Part shown: positions 9,893 through 19,832 of the stretch, piece after piece
Numbering within the stretch: the stretch's first letter is position 1
Layout: each line of letters opens with the position of its first letter
Assembly (NCBI GenBank): GCA_041690355.1
Contig: JAWLHK010000007.1
Span: 119,122-183,121, forward strand
Source: a bacterium
Lineage (GTDB): Bacteria > J088 > JAWLBW01
Length of the DNA stretch: 64,000 nucleotides
Direction: 5' to 3'
Notes under the pieces: model-generated
Databases searched by the model: none
Seen by the model: only the letters and a program-made list of their open reading frames with translations
Told to the model about the DNA's origin: nothing
Program-made: the position numbers and the translations under genes

Positions 9893-11661
9893 TCCTTCAC
9901 CGTGGCGGCCGGGGCGGCCGCGGCTGTGACGTCCGGCTTGCCCGCAGCCTGGTCGGTCCATGCCGCGCGGCGGGCGATCTCGGCGGCCACGCGCTCCTGC
10001 TCCACCTGCGCGTCCTGCTCCGAACGGCCCGTATCGGCCGCCCAGACGCGGGCCAGCGCAGGCGCCCAGGGGAGGCAGTGATCGCGGCGCGAGAGAAAGA
10101 GCGGCAGCCGGCGGAAGTAGAAGTCTTCGAGGTGCACGACCATGCCATGACGCAGAAGATAGCGCAGCTGGCCGGCGAGCAGGGGAAATCCGTCGGGGTC
10201 GCCCGGGATGGCCTGCGTCGAGCGGGCCTCGCGATCCAGCGTCAGGATCTCGCGGGCGCCGGCACCGTAGAACTCCCAGATCCGCTCGGGAATGGTTTCG
10301 CCGGCCTGCGCGGCTTCGGACCGCGCCCGCTGCACCGCATCGGGGGCCGTGCGCGGATTCAGGATGACGTCGGTGAGGGGCGCGCGCACCGATTCCGGCG
10401 GCGCGACCTTGCCGGCGGCCGCATCCTCGCGCCATACGCCGAGCGTGTAGTCGACGATCTCCTCGGCCATCTTGCGGTGCGTGGTGTATTTGCCCCCCGC
10501 CACGACGACCGTGCCGCCGGGGCCGCGCCCGATGTGGTGTTCGCGGCTGATCTTCTGCAGCTTCTTGCCTTCTTCTTCCTGGCCCACCGAAGGCGCAAAC
10601 AGCGGACGGATACCCACATACGACGCGATGACGTCGTCGGCCGTCAACTGGAGCGCGGGAAAAAATCGCGCCAGCAGGTCGAGCAGGTAGGTCTCGTCAT
10701 CGCGGCTGACGTCGGCGTCTTCGGGCCGGTCGGGCGGGGGACTGTCTGTGGTGCCCACGATGGCGACGCCGGCGCCGAAATCGGTTCGTGGAATGATGAA
10801 GGCGACCCGCCCGTCGCTCGGATGGATCATGGTGACCGCGCCGGGCACGGGCAGACGCTCGAGATCGAAGATGAGATGCACCCCCTTGCTCGGCGTGAGC
10901 CAGGAGCGCCAGTTGCGATCGAGCCGCACCCCCACCTTGTCGGTCCACGGCCCCGCGCAGACGACGACCTGCCGCGCGCGCACGTTGAAAGAAGGGGCCT
11001 CGTCGAACCCGGCGCGGTCGATGGCGCGGAAGCCGGCCACCCGTTCGCCCTCGAGTAGCGGCTCGAGCCCTTCGACGTAGTTCGCGATGACGGCCCCGTC
11101 GGCCGCTGCGGCGCGCAGCGTCTCGATCGTCAGCATGTCGTCCCACATGCTCGCGTCGTAATAGCGGAACACCGTACGCAAGCCCTCTTTGCGGATCATC
11201 GGCAGCTCCTGCGCGATGCGCACGCGGGAGAGGCGCCGGTGCACGCCGGCGCGGAAAAGCGCGAGCAGATCATAGAGCCAGAGGCCGGCCGAAAGCAGCC
11301 CCGGTCCCGCCCGGTCGTCGGCGAAGACCGGCATGTAGAACGGCAGCGGGCGCACCATGTGCGGCGCGTTGCGCAGCAGTTTCGCGCGCTCTGACAGAGA
11401 CTCGAAGACGAGCGCGAATTCGTAGTTCTCCAGGTAGCGCAACCCGCCGTGAATGAGCTTGGAGGAGCCGGACGAGGTACCCGAAGCGAAGTCGGCCTTT
11501 TCGACGAGGGCCACCTTGAGCCCCCGCGTGGCGGCGTCGCGGGCCGCGGCCGCGCCCGTGATGCCGCCGCCGATGACCAGCAGATCGAAGGTTTCGTTCT
11601 GCAGCCGTTCCAGCGCCCGGCGGCGGGCATCGAAGGAAAATTCGCGTTCAGGTGCGCTCAT
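9889..11661 (-). CDS. glpD: FAD-dependent glycerol-3-phosphate dehydrogenase
   Basis: DLLVIGGGITG, DFASGTSSGSSKLIHGGLRYLE, SREH and GGKYTT motifs. Confidence 0.93.
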   Translation of the reverse strand: MSAPEREFSFDARRRALERLQNETFDLLVIGGGITGAAAARDAATRGLKVALVEKADFASGTSSGSSKLIHGGLRYLENYEFALVFESLSERAKLLRNAPHMVRPLPFYMPVFADDRAGPGLLSAGLWLYDLLALFRAGVHRRLSRVRIAQELPMIRKEGLRTVFRYYDASMWDDMLTIETLRAAAADGAVIANYVEGLEPLLEGERVAGFRAIDRAGFDEAPSFNVRARQVVVCAGPWTDKVGVRLDRNWRSWLTPSKGVHLIFDLERLPVPGAVTMIHPSDGRVAFIIPRTDFGAGVAIVGTTDSPPPDRPEDADVSRDDETYLLDLLARFFPALQLTADDVIASYVGIRPLFAPSVGQEEEGKKLQKISREHHIGRGPGGTVVVAGGKYTTHRKMAEEIVDYTLGVWREDAAAGKVAPPESVRAPLTDVILNPRTAPDAVQRARSEAAQAGETIPERIWEFYGAGAREILTLDREARSTQAIPGDPDGFPLLAGQLRYLLRHGMVVHLEDFYFRRLPLFLSRRDHCLPWAPALARVWAADTGRSEQDAQVEQERVAAEIARRAAWTDQAAGKPDVTAAAAPAATVKD

Positions 11662-11834
11662 GGGGGGAACCAACGGGAAAAAGCAGGAGGATACTCTCAT
11701 TTTACCGGTCGCTGGCGGGCAGCGAAAGACCGGAGACGGAAGTAACGAGTGACGAGTGACGCGTGACGAACTCCGGCAAGAACCTGGATACACCGCATTC
11801 GCAGAGCGAGCGGCCGCTGTGCTTCAATGTGCCC

Positions 11835-12989
11835 ATGAAGAACTTGCTACGCCTGGTACGCGGCCTCTCTCCGGCCGTTCTCCTGATTGCCGCCGCCTGC
11901 GAGGGTACTCTGCCTGCTCCCGCCATGCCCGACCTGGCCCGTCTCGAAGCCGTCGGCCCGTACGTGCCCGCCGTGACGACCGTGACGCTCGTCGATCCGG
12001 CGCGCGACCGGCGGCTGACCGTCGATGTCTGGTATCCGGCCGTCCCCGAAGCGGCGCCCGAGGCCGAAGCCGGTTTTCCCGTGAGCGCCCTGATCACCGA
12101 TGCGACCCGGCAGGCGCTCTGGAACAACCAGGCCGCTCAGGCGCCGCACGGCGGGGTCACGGCCCGCGTCCGGGCCGCGCGGGGGGCCGCCTCGGCCGAG
12201 GGACCTTTTCCGCTCGTCGGCTTCTCGCACTGCATGAACTGCGTGCGCTTCAGCCTGTCGACGGTGGCCGCGCGTCTGGCCAGCCACGGCATCGCCGTCG
12301 TCGCCCCCGACCATGCGGGGGGAACGCTGTTCGACGACCTGCTCGACGGCGCCGAGGGGCTGAGCGACAGATTTCTCGCCACTCGTGCCGCCGACGTCGC
12401 CTTCGCCGTCGAGGCCGTGGCTGGCGGGGCCCCTGCGCTACCCTCCCCGCTGCGCAACCGGTTCGACGGTTCGCGCCGGGGGGTCTTCGGCCACAGCTAC
12501 GGGGCGGCGACGGTCGGGCTCGTTCTGCAGGAGTACGACGCCTTTCAAGCCGGTCTGGCCGTGGCTGCCCCGGTACAGAGCCCCCTCTTCGGCTCCGTGT
12601 CGCTCGAACGCATCGAAGAGCCAGTCCTTCTCCTGGTCGCAGGCGAAGACAACAGCATCACGGAGATCGGCAACGGGTACATGCGGCAGAATTTCGAAGC
12701 GCTTTCCGGACCGGCGTGGAAGGTGGAAGTGACCGACGCCGGTCACTGGTCTTTCTCGGACATCTGCGGCATCACCCCCGCGTTCGACGCCGGCTGCAAC
12801 CCGGCCGATACGCGCCAGACCGACGGCCGGGAGTTCGACTACATCCCCCTCGCGACCGCCCGGGAGATCGCCGCCGCCTACGTGACCGCATTCTTTCTCG
12901 CCGAGCTGACCGGCGACGCAGACGCACGCGCCTATCTCGAGACTGCGCGCCCTCCGGAACGGGTGGGAACCCTTTCGCGCAACCCCTGA
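11835..12989 (+). CDS. Alpha/beta hydrolase lipoprotein (dienelactone hydrolase/PAF-AH-like)
   Basis: AAAC lipobox; PLVGFSH, VVAPDH, GHSYG nucleophile elbow, D and GH triad residues. Confidence 0.82.
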   Translation: MKNLLRLVRGLSPAVLLIAAACEGTLPAPAMPDLARLEAVGPYVPAVTTVTLVDPARDRRLTVDVWYPAVPEAAPEAEAGFPVSALITDATRQALWNNQAAQAPHGGVTARVRAARGAASAEGPFPLVGFSHCMNCVRFSLSTVAARLASHGIAVVAPDHAGGTLFDDLLDGAEGLSDRFLATRAADVAFAVEAVAGGAPALPSPLRNRFDGSRRGVFGHSYGAATVGLVLQEYDAFQAGLAVAAPVQSPLFGSVSLERIEEPVLLLVAGEDNSITEIGNGYMRQNFEALSGPAWKVEVTDAGHWSFSDICGITPAFDAGCNPADTRQTDGREFDYIPLATAREIAAAYVTAFFLAELTGDADARAYLETARPPERVGTLSRNP

Positions 12990-13034
12990 CCCGCCGGGGG
13001 CCGTCGAGGCGGGCAGCCGGGGTACACTGAAGGT

Positions 13035-14171
13035 ATGTTCGGCCGCAGTATCCGTCTCTTCACGGTCTTCGGTTTCCGCGTCAGTGTCGACGCGAGCTGG
13101 ATCTTCATCGCCCTGCTCGTGACCTGGACGCTTGCCGTGGGCTTCTTTCCCGCCAACTTCGAAGGCATGAATCCCCCTGCCTACTGGATGATGGGCATCG
13201 CCGGGGCGCTCGGCCTCTTCGGCTCCATCATCCTGCACGAGCTCAGCCACTCGCTCGTCGCGCGGCGCTACGGGCTCAACATGCGCGGCATCACCCTGTT
13301 TCTCTTCGGCGGCGTGGCCGAGATGAACGAAGAGCCGCGCAACGCGAAAACCGAATTCATGATGGCCATCGCCGGGCCCCTCATGAGCCTGCTGCTGGCG
13401 GGCGTGTTCTATCTCGCCTACCGGGGGGCGGGCCCCGACGCCCCGCTCTGGCTGACGGGGGTGCTCTTCTACCTGAGCATCATCAATCTCGTCGTCGCCG
13501 GCTTCAACCTGATCCCCGCCTTTCCCCTCGACGGGGGGCGCGTGTTTCGTGCCGCCATCTGGGGGTGGACCAAGGACATCGGCAAGGCCACCCGGGCGGC
13601 GGCCGCCGGCGGTTCGATCTTCGCATTCCTGCTCATCGGTCTGGGGCTGCTCTCCGTCATGCAGGGGAACCTCGTCGGCGGCGGCTGGTGGATTCTCATC
13701 GGCTGGTTCATCCACGCCGCGGCCCGCAGTTCGCGCCGCCAGCTCGGCCTGCGCGTCCTGGCCGGAGAGCCCGTGCGCCGTTTTCTGCACGGCACTCCGA
13801 TCACGGTGCCCCCCGGGATGCTTCTCGACCGCCTGGTGGACGAATACATCTTCCGCTACCACGAGTATCTCTATCCGGTCGTCGACGGCGAGCGCTTCGT
13901 CGGGTGCGTGACCGTGGCCGACGTGCGCGCCGTTCCCCGCGAAGAGTGGCCTTACCGCAGCGTGGCTTCCATCGCGCGCCCCTGCAGCCCCGAGATCATG
14001 GCGCGCCCCGAAGAGGACGCGCTCGGGGCCCTGATGCGCATGCAGCGCAGCGGCACCGGGCGCATGCCGGTCGTCGACCACGACGAGCTGCTCGGCATGC
14101 TCGACGCCCGCGATCTGGTCGCCTACGTCCAGACCCGTTCGCAGTTGCCCGCCTCGAAGAGCGGGCACTGA
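13035..14171 (+). CDS. Site-2 protease (M50) with tandem CBS domains
   Basis: HELSH and FNLIPAFPLDGG motifs; C-terminal CBS pair. Confidence 0.93.
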   Translation: MFGRSIRLFTVFGFRVSVDASWIFIALLVTWTLAVGFFPANFEGMNPPAYWMMGIAGALGLFGSIILHELSHSLVARRYGLNMRGITLFLFGGVAEMNEEPRNAKTEFMMAIAGPLMSLLLAGVFYLAYRGAGPDAPLWLTGVLFYLSIINLVVAGFNLIPAFPLDGGRVFRAAIWGWTKDIGKATRAAAAGGSIFAFLLIGLGLLSVMQGNLVGGGWWILIGWFIHAAARSSRRQLGLRVLAGEPVRRFLHGTPITVPPGMLLDRLVDEYIFRYHEYLYPVVDGERFVGCVTVADVRAVPREEWPYRSVASIARPCSPEIMARPEEDALGALMRMQRSGTGRMPVVDHDELLGMLDARDLVAYVQTRSQLPASKSGH

Positions 14172-14183
14172 CGGCGCGGATCG

Positions 14184-14215
14184 AAAAAGGGGCGCCCGGC
14201 AACCGCCGGACGCCC
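14184..14215 (-). terminator. Intrinsic terminator
   Basis: GC-rich stem followed by a T-run on the minus strand, after the 14239 stop. Confidence 0.55.
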
Positions 14216-14238
14216 CGCCGCCAAGGGATCAATCTCCC

Positions 14239-15450
14239 TCACTCGTCGAACGGAGTATCTTCCTTATCGACATTCTCGCCGTTTCCGGGGGGCGCCTGGG
14301 GCTGATCGCCGGTGTCGCCGGAAACGCCGTCGTCGGTTCCGCCGGAGGTACCGTCACCGCCGTTCGCGGCGTCGTCGTCTTTCGAGCCGCCGTCGGTGCC
14401 GCCGGAGATGCCATCATCGCTACCATCGTCGGTGCCGTCGTCAGCGCCGTCGTCGCTTCCGTCGTCCCCACCGGCGTCCCCATCGGTGCCGTCATCCGTT
14501 CCGCCGCCGTCATCCCCCGAACCGCCGTTGCCGCCCGGAGGGGTAACCACGTCGGTGTCACCTGTTGAGACGCCACCCGTGCCCCCGCAGCTCACGCGCG
14601 GCGAGAAGTGGAAGTACATCGTATCGGAGGCGTTGGAACCGAAGGCGACGATGAACTGGTCATTCGCCGGAATCGGCGCCGTGACGAAAAGATCGGCCCA
14701 CCAGAAGTTGGAGCCCCCGAACGAATCGTAATATGCCTGCCGCGAGATGTCGACGTACTGATCGCCATGGACGATCGAGGCCGACGGCGTCCCCTGAATC
14801 AAGCGTTCCCCCACCTGCAGCCGCACGGTGTTTCCCGGACAGGTCACGCTGTAGATGTGCAGCGGCTCGCGGGGCGGCTGTTCGGCCGTGCCGCCGTTGC
14901 AGTCACCCGGAACGACGCGCAGCCAGAGCCGGCGGAAGAACGCGTCGGGATCACCCAGGTTGGGGTTGTCGGTCTGCACGATGAGCGCGACGTAGATGTC
15001 GCGATCGCCGGCCGAAGCGAATTCGGGACGGATGCCGATGGTGTAGTTCACCTGCTGCGTCGCGCCGACCGGCACGCTGATGCCCATCGGCTCGATGTGA
15101 TGCCCCGTGACGTATTCTTCGCCGCGGTAGTAGAGAATCGTGAACCAGAGATTCTCACCCGCGGTGTGCGCCGAGTTGTTCTCGATCGAGAAGCTCAACG
15201 TGTGCTCGCCCGGACAGAGCGCGACCTCTGCGCTCTCCTGGGTCCACCCCAGATCGAGCTCCGAGGCGCCGCCGTCGTGGCTCAGGCTGCGGAATGCGGC
15301 CGGCGACTCGGCGACCGGATCGGGCACGTAGACGGTCTGTCCCGGGTCGACCGTGTCGGTGGTGGTGCCGCTGTCGGCGCCCGGTCCGCAGGCGGCGACG
15401 AGCAGCGCGAGCGCCGCGCCCGCAGCCCGGAATTTCGTTGAGAAAACCAT
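14239..15450 (-). CDS. Hypothetical lipoprotein with Gly/Asp/Thr low-complexity tail
   Basis: AGGAGG RBS, VAAC lipobox, beta-rich core, repeated DDG units at the C-terminus. Confidence 0.75.
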   Translation of the reverse strand: MVFSTKFRAAGAALALLVAACGPGADSGTTTDTVDPGQTVYVPDPVAESPAAFRSLSHDGGASELDLGWTQESAEVALCPGEHTLSFSIENNSAHTAGENLWFTILYYRGEEYVTGHHIEPMGISVPVGATQQVNYTIGIRPEFASAGDRDIYVALIVQTDNPNLGDPDAFFRRLWLRVVPGDCNGGTAEQPPREPLHIYSVTCPGNTVRLQVGERLIQGTPSASIVHGDQYVDISRQAYYDSFGGSNFWWADLFVTAPIPANDQFIVAFGSNASDTMYFHFSPRVSCGGTGGVSTGDTDVVTPPGGNGGSGDDGGGTDDGTDGDAGGDDGSDDGADDGTDDGSDDGISGGTDGGSKDDDAANGGDGTSGGTDDGVSGDTGDQPQAPPGNGENVDKEDTPFDE

Positions 15451-15619
15451 TGTGACTATCCTCCTGTGTCGTGGCTTGAAAGGCCGGCAGAGCCGGCCGT
15501 GGCTTCGCCCGGGCGTTCTCACCCGGACGTCGACTCAGGGGCCATGTTAGCAGCGCACAGAAGCGGGGCTGCATGGCATGTGGCGAGGCAGTGACCGTGA
15601 ACGGCGCCGCCCTGAACGC

Positions 15620-15648
15620 AAAAGGCCGCCGGAGAACCGGCGGCCTTC
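15620..15648 (-). terminator. Intrinsic terminator of the fumarase gene
   Basis: AAGGCCGCCGG-ttct-CCGGCGGCCTTTT on the minus strand. Confidence 0.7.
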
Positions 15649-15675
15649 AGGAAATGAACGGCAAAGCGGGCGGGC

Positions 15676-17202
15676 TCAGCGCGCGGCGTCCGCCGCGGCG
15701 GCGCGCAGCTTCTCGCGCCAGATCTCGGGCCCGGTCCGGTGAACGGAATTGCCGTTCACGTCGACGGCAACGGTCACCGGCATGTCTTCGACCTCGAACT
15801 CATAGATCGCTTCCATGCCGAGCTCTTCAAAGGCAACGACCCGCGATTTGCGGATCGCCTTGGAAACCAGATAGGCAGCGCCGCCGACCGCAATCAGGTA
15901 GACGGCCTGGTGGCGCTTGATCGCCTCGATGGCCTCGGGGCCGCGCTCGGCCTTGCCGACCATCCCGAGCAGCCCCGTCTTCTCGAGCATCATCTCGGTG
16001 TACTTGTCCATGCGCGTCGACGTGGTCGGGCCGGCCGGGCCGACGACCTCGTCGCGCACCGGATCGACCGGCCCGACATAGTAGATGAAGCGGTTACTGA
16101 AGTCGACCCCTTCGGGGAGCGATTCGCCCTTGGCAAACAGGTCGGCGATGCGCTTGTGCGCGGCATCGCGGCCGGTGAGGAACTTGCCGGAGAGCAGCAG
16201 CGTCTCGCCCGGCTTCCACGTCGCGATCTCTTCGCGCGTGATGCCGTCGAGGTTCACGCGCCGGCTGCCGCCGACCGAGCGGGTGATCTCGGGCCAATGC
16301 TCGAGCTTCGGCGCCTCGAGGTGGGCGGGGCCGCTGCCGTCGAGCGTGAAGTGCACGTGCCGGGTCGCGGCGCAGTTCGGAATGATGGCCACCGGAAGCG
16401 ACGCCGCGTGCGTGGGGAAATCCCTGATCTTGATGTCGAGCACGGTCGTCAGCCCGCCCAGCCCCTGGGCCCCGATACCGAGGGCGTTCACCTTGTCGAA
16501 GATTTCGATGCGCAGCTCCTCGATCCGGTTCTTCGGACCGCGGGCCTTCAGCTCGTGCATGTCGATGGGCTCCATGAGCGATTCCTTCGCCAGCACGGCG
16601 GCCTTCTCGGCCGTGCCGCCGATGCCGATGCCCAGCATGCCCGGCGGGCACCAGCCGGCGCCCATCTTCGGAACCATGTCGAGAACCCAGGCGACCAGAT
16701 CGTCGTTCGGATTCAACATGGCGAATTTGGTCTTGTTCTCCGAGCCGCCCCCCTTGGCAGCCAGATCGACCGTCACCTTGTCGCCGGGTACCAGCTCGAC
16801 GTGCACGACGGCTGGCGCGTTGTCGCCGGTGTTCTTGCGCGGGCCCGCCGGATTGCGCACGACCGAGGCGCGCAACGGATTGTCGGGGAACTGGTAGGCG
16901 CGGCGCACGCCTTCATCGACGAGCTCCTGCAGGCTCTTCCCGGTTTCGAAGCGTACGTTCATGCCGACTTTCACAAACGCGACCACGATGCCGGTGTCCT
17001 GGCAGATCGGCCGGTGCCCCTCGGCCGCCATGCGCGAGTTGATGAGAATCTGGGCCATGGCGTCCTTGGCCGAAGGCGACGCTTCGCGCTCGTAGGCCTG
17101 CGTCAGCGACTCGATGAAATCGACCGGATGGTAGTACGAGATGAACTGGAGTGCGTCGGCGACACTCTGCACGAAATCCTGTTCCTGAATCGTGATGACC
17201 AT
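15676..17202 (-). CDS. Class I (Fe-S) fumarate hydratase
   Basis: ADALQFISYYHP, PICQDTG, KGGGSENK, GWCPPG and GPTTSTRMD motifs. Confidence 0.95.
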   Translation of the reverse strand: MVITIQEQDFVQSVADALQFISYYHPVDFIESLTQAYEREASPSAKDAMAQILINSRMAAEGHRPICQDTGIVVAFVKVGMNVRFETGKSLQELVDEGVRRAYQFPDNPLRASVVRNPAGPRKNTGDNAPAVVHVELVPGDKVTVDLAAKGGGSENKTKFAMLNPNDDLVAWVLDMVPKMGAGWCPPGMLGIGIGGTAEKAAVLAKESLMEPIDMHELKARGPKNRIEELRIEIFDKVNALGIGAQGLGGLTTVLDIKIRDFPTHAASLPVAIIPNCAATRHVHFTLDGSGPAHLEAPKLEHWPEITRSVGGSRRVNLDGITREEIATWKPGETLLLSGKFLTGRDAAHKRIADLFAKGESLPEGVDFSNRFIYYVGPVDPVRDEVVGPAGPTTSTRMDKYTEMMLEKTGLLGMVGKAERGPEAIEAIKRHQAVYLIAVGGAAYLVSKAIRKSRVVAFEELGMEAIYEFEVEDMPVTVAVDVNGNSVHRTGPEIWREKLRAAAADAAR

Positions 17203-17238
17203 GGACTGCTCACTTCCTGCGGGTGGGGAAAGGTATTC

Positions 17239-17267
17239 ATGGTAATGGCTGGATGAACGATGGTCAA
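17239..17267 (-). promoter_or_regulatory. Putative sigma70 promoter of the fumarase gene
   Basis: TTGACC-17 nt-TACCAT on the minus strand. Confidence 0.55.
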
Positions 17268-17359
17268 TCGGACGTGCGCGTCCAGGCGCTCGCAGCCGGT
17301 ATCTGCGTTCGTAACCGCGCTCGCTCATCCCGGTCTGCCCGACCCGAGCCGGGCCGACC

Positions 17360-18058
17360 TCACGCAAGATCGAAGAGCAGCGCCTCGACCTCCGTTGCCG
17401 CCTGCAGCGTGACCTGCGTCTCGTCGACAAGGGATGCGCCGTCGCCCGGCGAAAGGCGGGTGCCGTTCACCTCGAGATCGCCGCGGATGACCTGGAGCCA
17501 CCCCGCCCGTCCGGGTCCGAACGCGTGGACGATCTTCTCGCCGGCGGCGAGCAACGTGCCGTAGAGCAGCGCGTTCTGGTGGATCGTCACGGAACCGTCG
17601 CGCCCGTCCGGCGACGCGAGGACGCGCAGGCTGCCGGTGCGCTCGGCTTCGGGAAATGCCTTCTGCTCGTACGAGGGGGGCAGCCCGAGGGCGTCGGGAA
17701 GAATCCAGATCTGCAGAAAGTGCATCGGCTCGGTCTGCGACGGATTGTACTCGCTGTGCATGACCCCTTTGCCGGCCGACATGCGCTGCACCTCGCCGGG
17801 CCGGATGATCGAGCCGGTTCCCAGGCTGTCCTTATGCTCGAGGGCCCCCTCAACGACATAGGAAACGATCTCCATGTCGCGATGGCCATGCGGGGGAAAA
17901 CCGGCGCCGCCGACGACCCGATCTTCGTTGATGACGCGCAGGGAACGGAAGCCCATGTGCGCGGGATCGTAGTACTCGCCGAAGGAAAACGTATGCCGCG
18001 TATCGAGCCAGCCGTAATCAACGCGGCCGCGCTCGCCCGAACGTCGCACGCGGATCAT
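17360..18058 (-). CDS. Pirin family protein (YhhW-like)
   Basis: GWLDTRHTFSF, HGHRDMEI, HKDSLG, MSAGKGVMHSE and LQIWILP motifs. Confidence 0.93.
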   Translation of the reverse strand: MIRVRRSGERGRVDYGWLDTRHTFSFGEYYDPAHMGFRSLRVINEDRVVGGAGFPPHGHRDMEIVSYVVEGALEHKDSLGTGSIIRPGEVQRMSAGKGVMHSEYNPSQTEPMHFLQIWILPDALGLPPSYEQKAFPEAERTGSLRVLASPDGRDGSVTIHQNALLYGTLLAAGEKIVHAFGPGRAGWLQVIRGDLEVNGTRLSPGDGASLVDETQVTLQAATEVEALLFDLA

Positions 18059-18092
18059 AGTGCCCCCTTTCCGTCGAACCCTGCCGCTCTCT

Positions 18093-19004
18093 TCAACCCA
18101 GCCACTCCCGCGGCGTGCGCAGAACTCCGAGCAGGCGCGCCTCTTCGGACCCGGGTTCGGGATGATGATCATACTCCCAGCGCGCCGTGAGCGGAAGCGA
18201 CATGAGGATGCTTTCGATGCGCCCCCCCGTGCGCAGGCCGAACGTCGTGCCCCGATCGTAGACCAGATTGAACTCCACATACCGCCCCCGGCGCAGCTGC
18301 TGCCAGCGCTTCTGGGCGTCGGTGAACGGCAGGTCCTTCCGTCGCTCGACCAGCGGCACGTAGGCGGGCACGAAGGCGGCGGCGCAATCGCTCACGAAGC
18401 GGAACAGCGGTTCCGGATCCGGACCGTTCAGATCGTCAAAAAATATGCCGCCCACGCCGCGGGTCTCGCCCCGGTGCGCGACGCGGAAATACTCGTCGCA
18501 CCAGCGCTTGAAGCGGGGATAGTATGCCGGGTCATTCCGATCGCAGGCTTCCTTGTGGATGCGGTGGAAGTGGACCGCGTCTTCGTCGAACAGATAGGAG
18601 GGCGTCAGGTCGGCGCCGCCGCCGAACCACCAGGCGCCCGGGGCCTCGGGGGCGCCCCGCTCGAAATAGCGGTAGTTCGCGTGGGCCGTCGGCGCCATCG
18701 GATTTTTCGGGTGGATGACGAGGCTGACCCCCGCCGCGAAGAAGCGCAGATCCTCGACGTCACGCCCGCCGCCCATGGATTTCGCCGCCTCGGGGCTCAG
18801 GGTGCCGTGCACGACCGAAACGTTGACCCCCGCCTTCTCAAAGACGTTGCCGTCCTGCAGCACGCGGCTCCAGCCGCCGCCGCCCCCTTCGCGCTCCCAC
18901 GTGTCTTCGCGGAAAGGGGTGCCGTCGACGGCGGCCAGGGCGTTGCAGATGTCATCCTGGGTGGTGCGAATGAGCGTCTGCATTCGCGCGCGCATGTCAC
19001 TCAT
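18093..19004 (-). CDS. hemF: Oxygen-dependent coproporphyrinogen III oxidase
   Basis: [37 protein letters not shown] and ESILMSLP motifs. Confidence 0.97.
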   Translation of the reverse strand: MSDMRARMQTLIRTTQDDICNALAAVDGTPFREDTWEREGGGGGWSRVLQDGNVFEKAGVNVSVVHGTLSPEAAKSMGGGRDVEDLRFFAAGVSLVIHPKNPMAPTAHANYRYFERGAPEAPGAWWFGGGADLTPSYLFDEDAVHFHRIHKEACDRNDPAYYPRFKRWCDEYFRVAHRGETRGVGGIFFDDLNGPDPEPLFRFVSDCAAAFVPAYVPLVERRKDLPFTDAQKRWQQLRRGRYVEFNLVYDRGTTFGLRTGGRIESILMSLPLTARWEYDHHPEPGSEEARLLGVLRTPREWLG

Positions 19005-19037
19005 GAGGGGGAACTCCTTCCGGAATGCAGGCCCGCA

Positions 19038-19661
19038 TCAGACGCCGGCCGGCCGCGGCGGGGGCGCCGCCGGGATCGAGAGATTGAAGTAGATGGAGAC
19101 CATGCGCACGAGCATGATGGCTCCGGCGCAGACAACCCCGAAGACCGCCTGAAACTCGGGCCGCCACTGGGCGAGTACCCCATAGGCAAGCGCCCCGGCC
19201 GCGGCCGCCAGCGCATAGATTTCCTTGCGGAGCACGTAGGGGATCTCGCCCGAGAGCACGTCGCGGATCATGCCGCCGCCGGTGCCCGCGACGACGCCGA
19301 GAAAGACGACGCCGGTCAGGCTGGTTTGCGCGAGAATGCCGCGCTGAGCGCCGGCGACGGCGTAGAGGCCGAGGCCCACGGCGTCGAGGTAGGCGATGGC
19401 CTTGGTCCACCGCTGCAGCCGTTCACCCGCGAAAAACGCGGCCAGTCCGGTACCGGCGGCGAGAAGCAGCACCCACTCGTTACGCAGGACGGCGGGGGTA
19501 CGGCCGACGAGCAGATCGGCGGTCATCCCGCCGCCGAACGACGTGACGACAGCGAGCACGATGGCCCCGTAGAAGTCCATGCCTTTGGCCACGGCGCGGC
19601 TGCCGCCCGAAAGTCCGAGCGCCACGAGCGCCAGCAAATCGAGTACCTGAATGTACGTCAC
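19038..19661 (-). CDS. TRIC/UPF0126 (YadS-like) membrane protein
   Basis: Two repeats, TSFGGGMTAD and GTGGGMIRDVL; DAVGLG; EIYA. Confidence 0.88.
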   Translation of the reverse strand: MTYIQVLDLLALVALGLSGGSRAVAKGMDFYGAIVLAVVTSFGGGMTADLLVGRTPAVLRNEWVLLLAAGTGLAAFFAGERLQRWTKAIAYLDAVGLGLYAVAGAQRGILAQTSLTGVVFLGVVAGTGGGMIRDVLSGEIPYVLRKEIYALAAAAGALAYGVLAQWRPEFQAVFGVVCAGAIMLVRMVSIYFNLSIPAAPPPRPAGV

Positions 19662-19694
19662 ATCCTAAAGGGTACACGGCCCGCCACCTCATTC

Positions 19695-19830
19695 AAATGA
19701 CAAATGGCCACCAACCAGACAAACGGCAAATGACAGATGGCAGAGAAGCAAAGGCCACAGGCGCCCCTGCCGCCCTCGGTTCGGATCTGCCATCTGCCAA
19801 CTGCAATCGGCAATCTGCGGTCTGCGGTCC
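19695..19830. repeat. Inverted arrays of degenerate heptamers
   Basis: CAAATGA/CAGATGG units on the left, ATCTGCC/ATCGGCA/GTCTGCG units on the right; CAGATGGCAGA pairs with TCTGCCATCTG. Confidence 0.5.
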
Positions 19831-19832
19831 GT

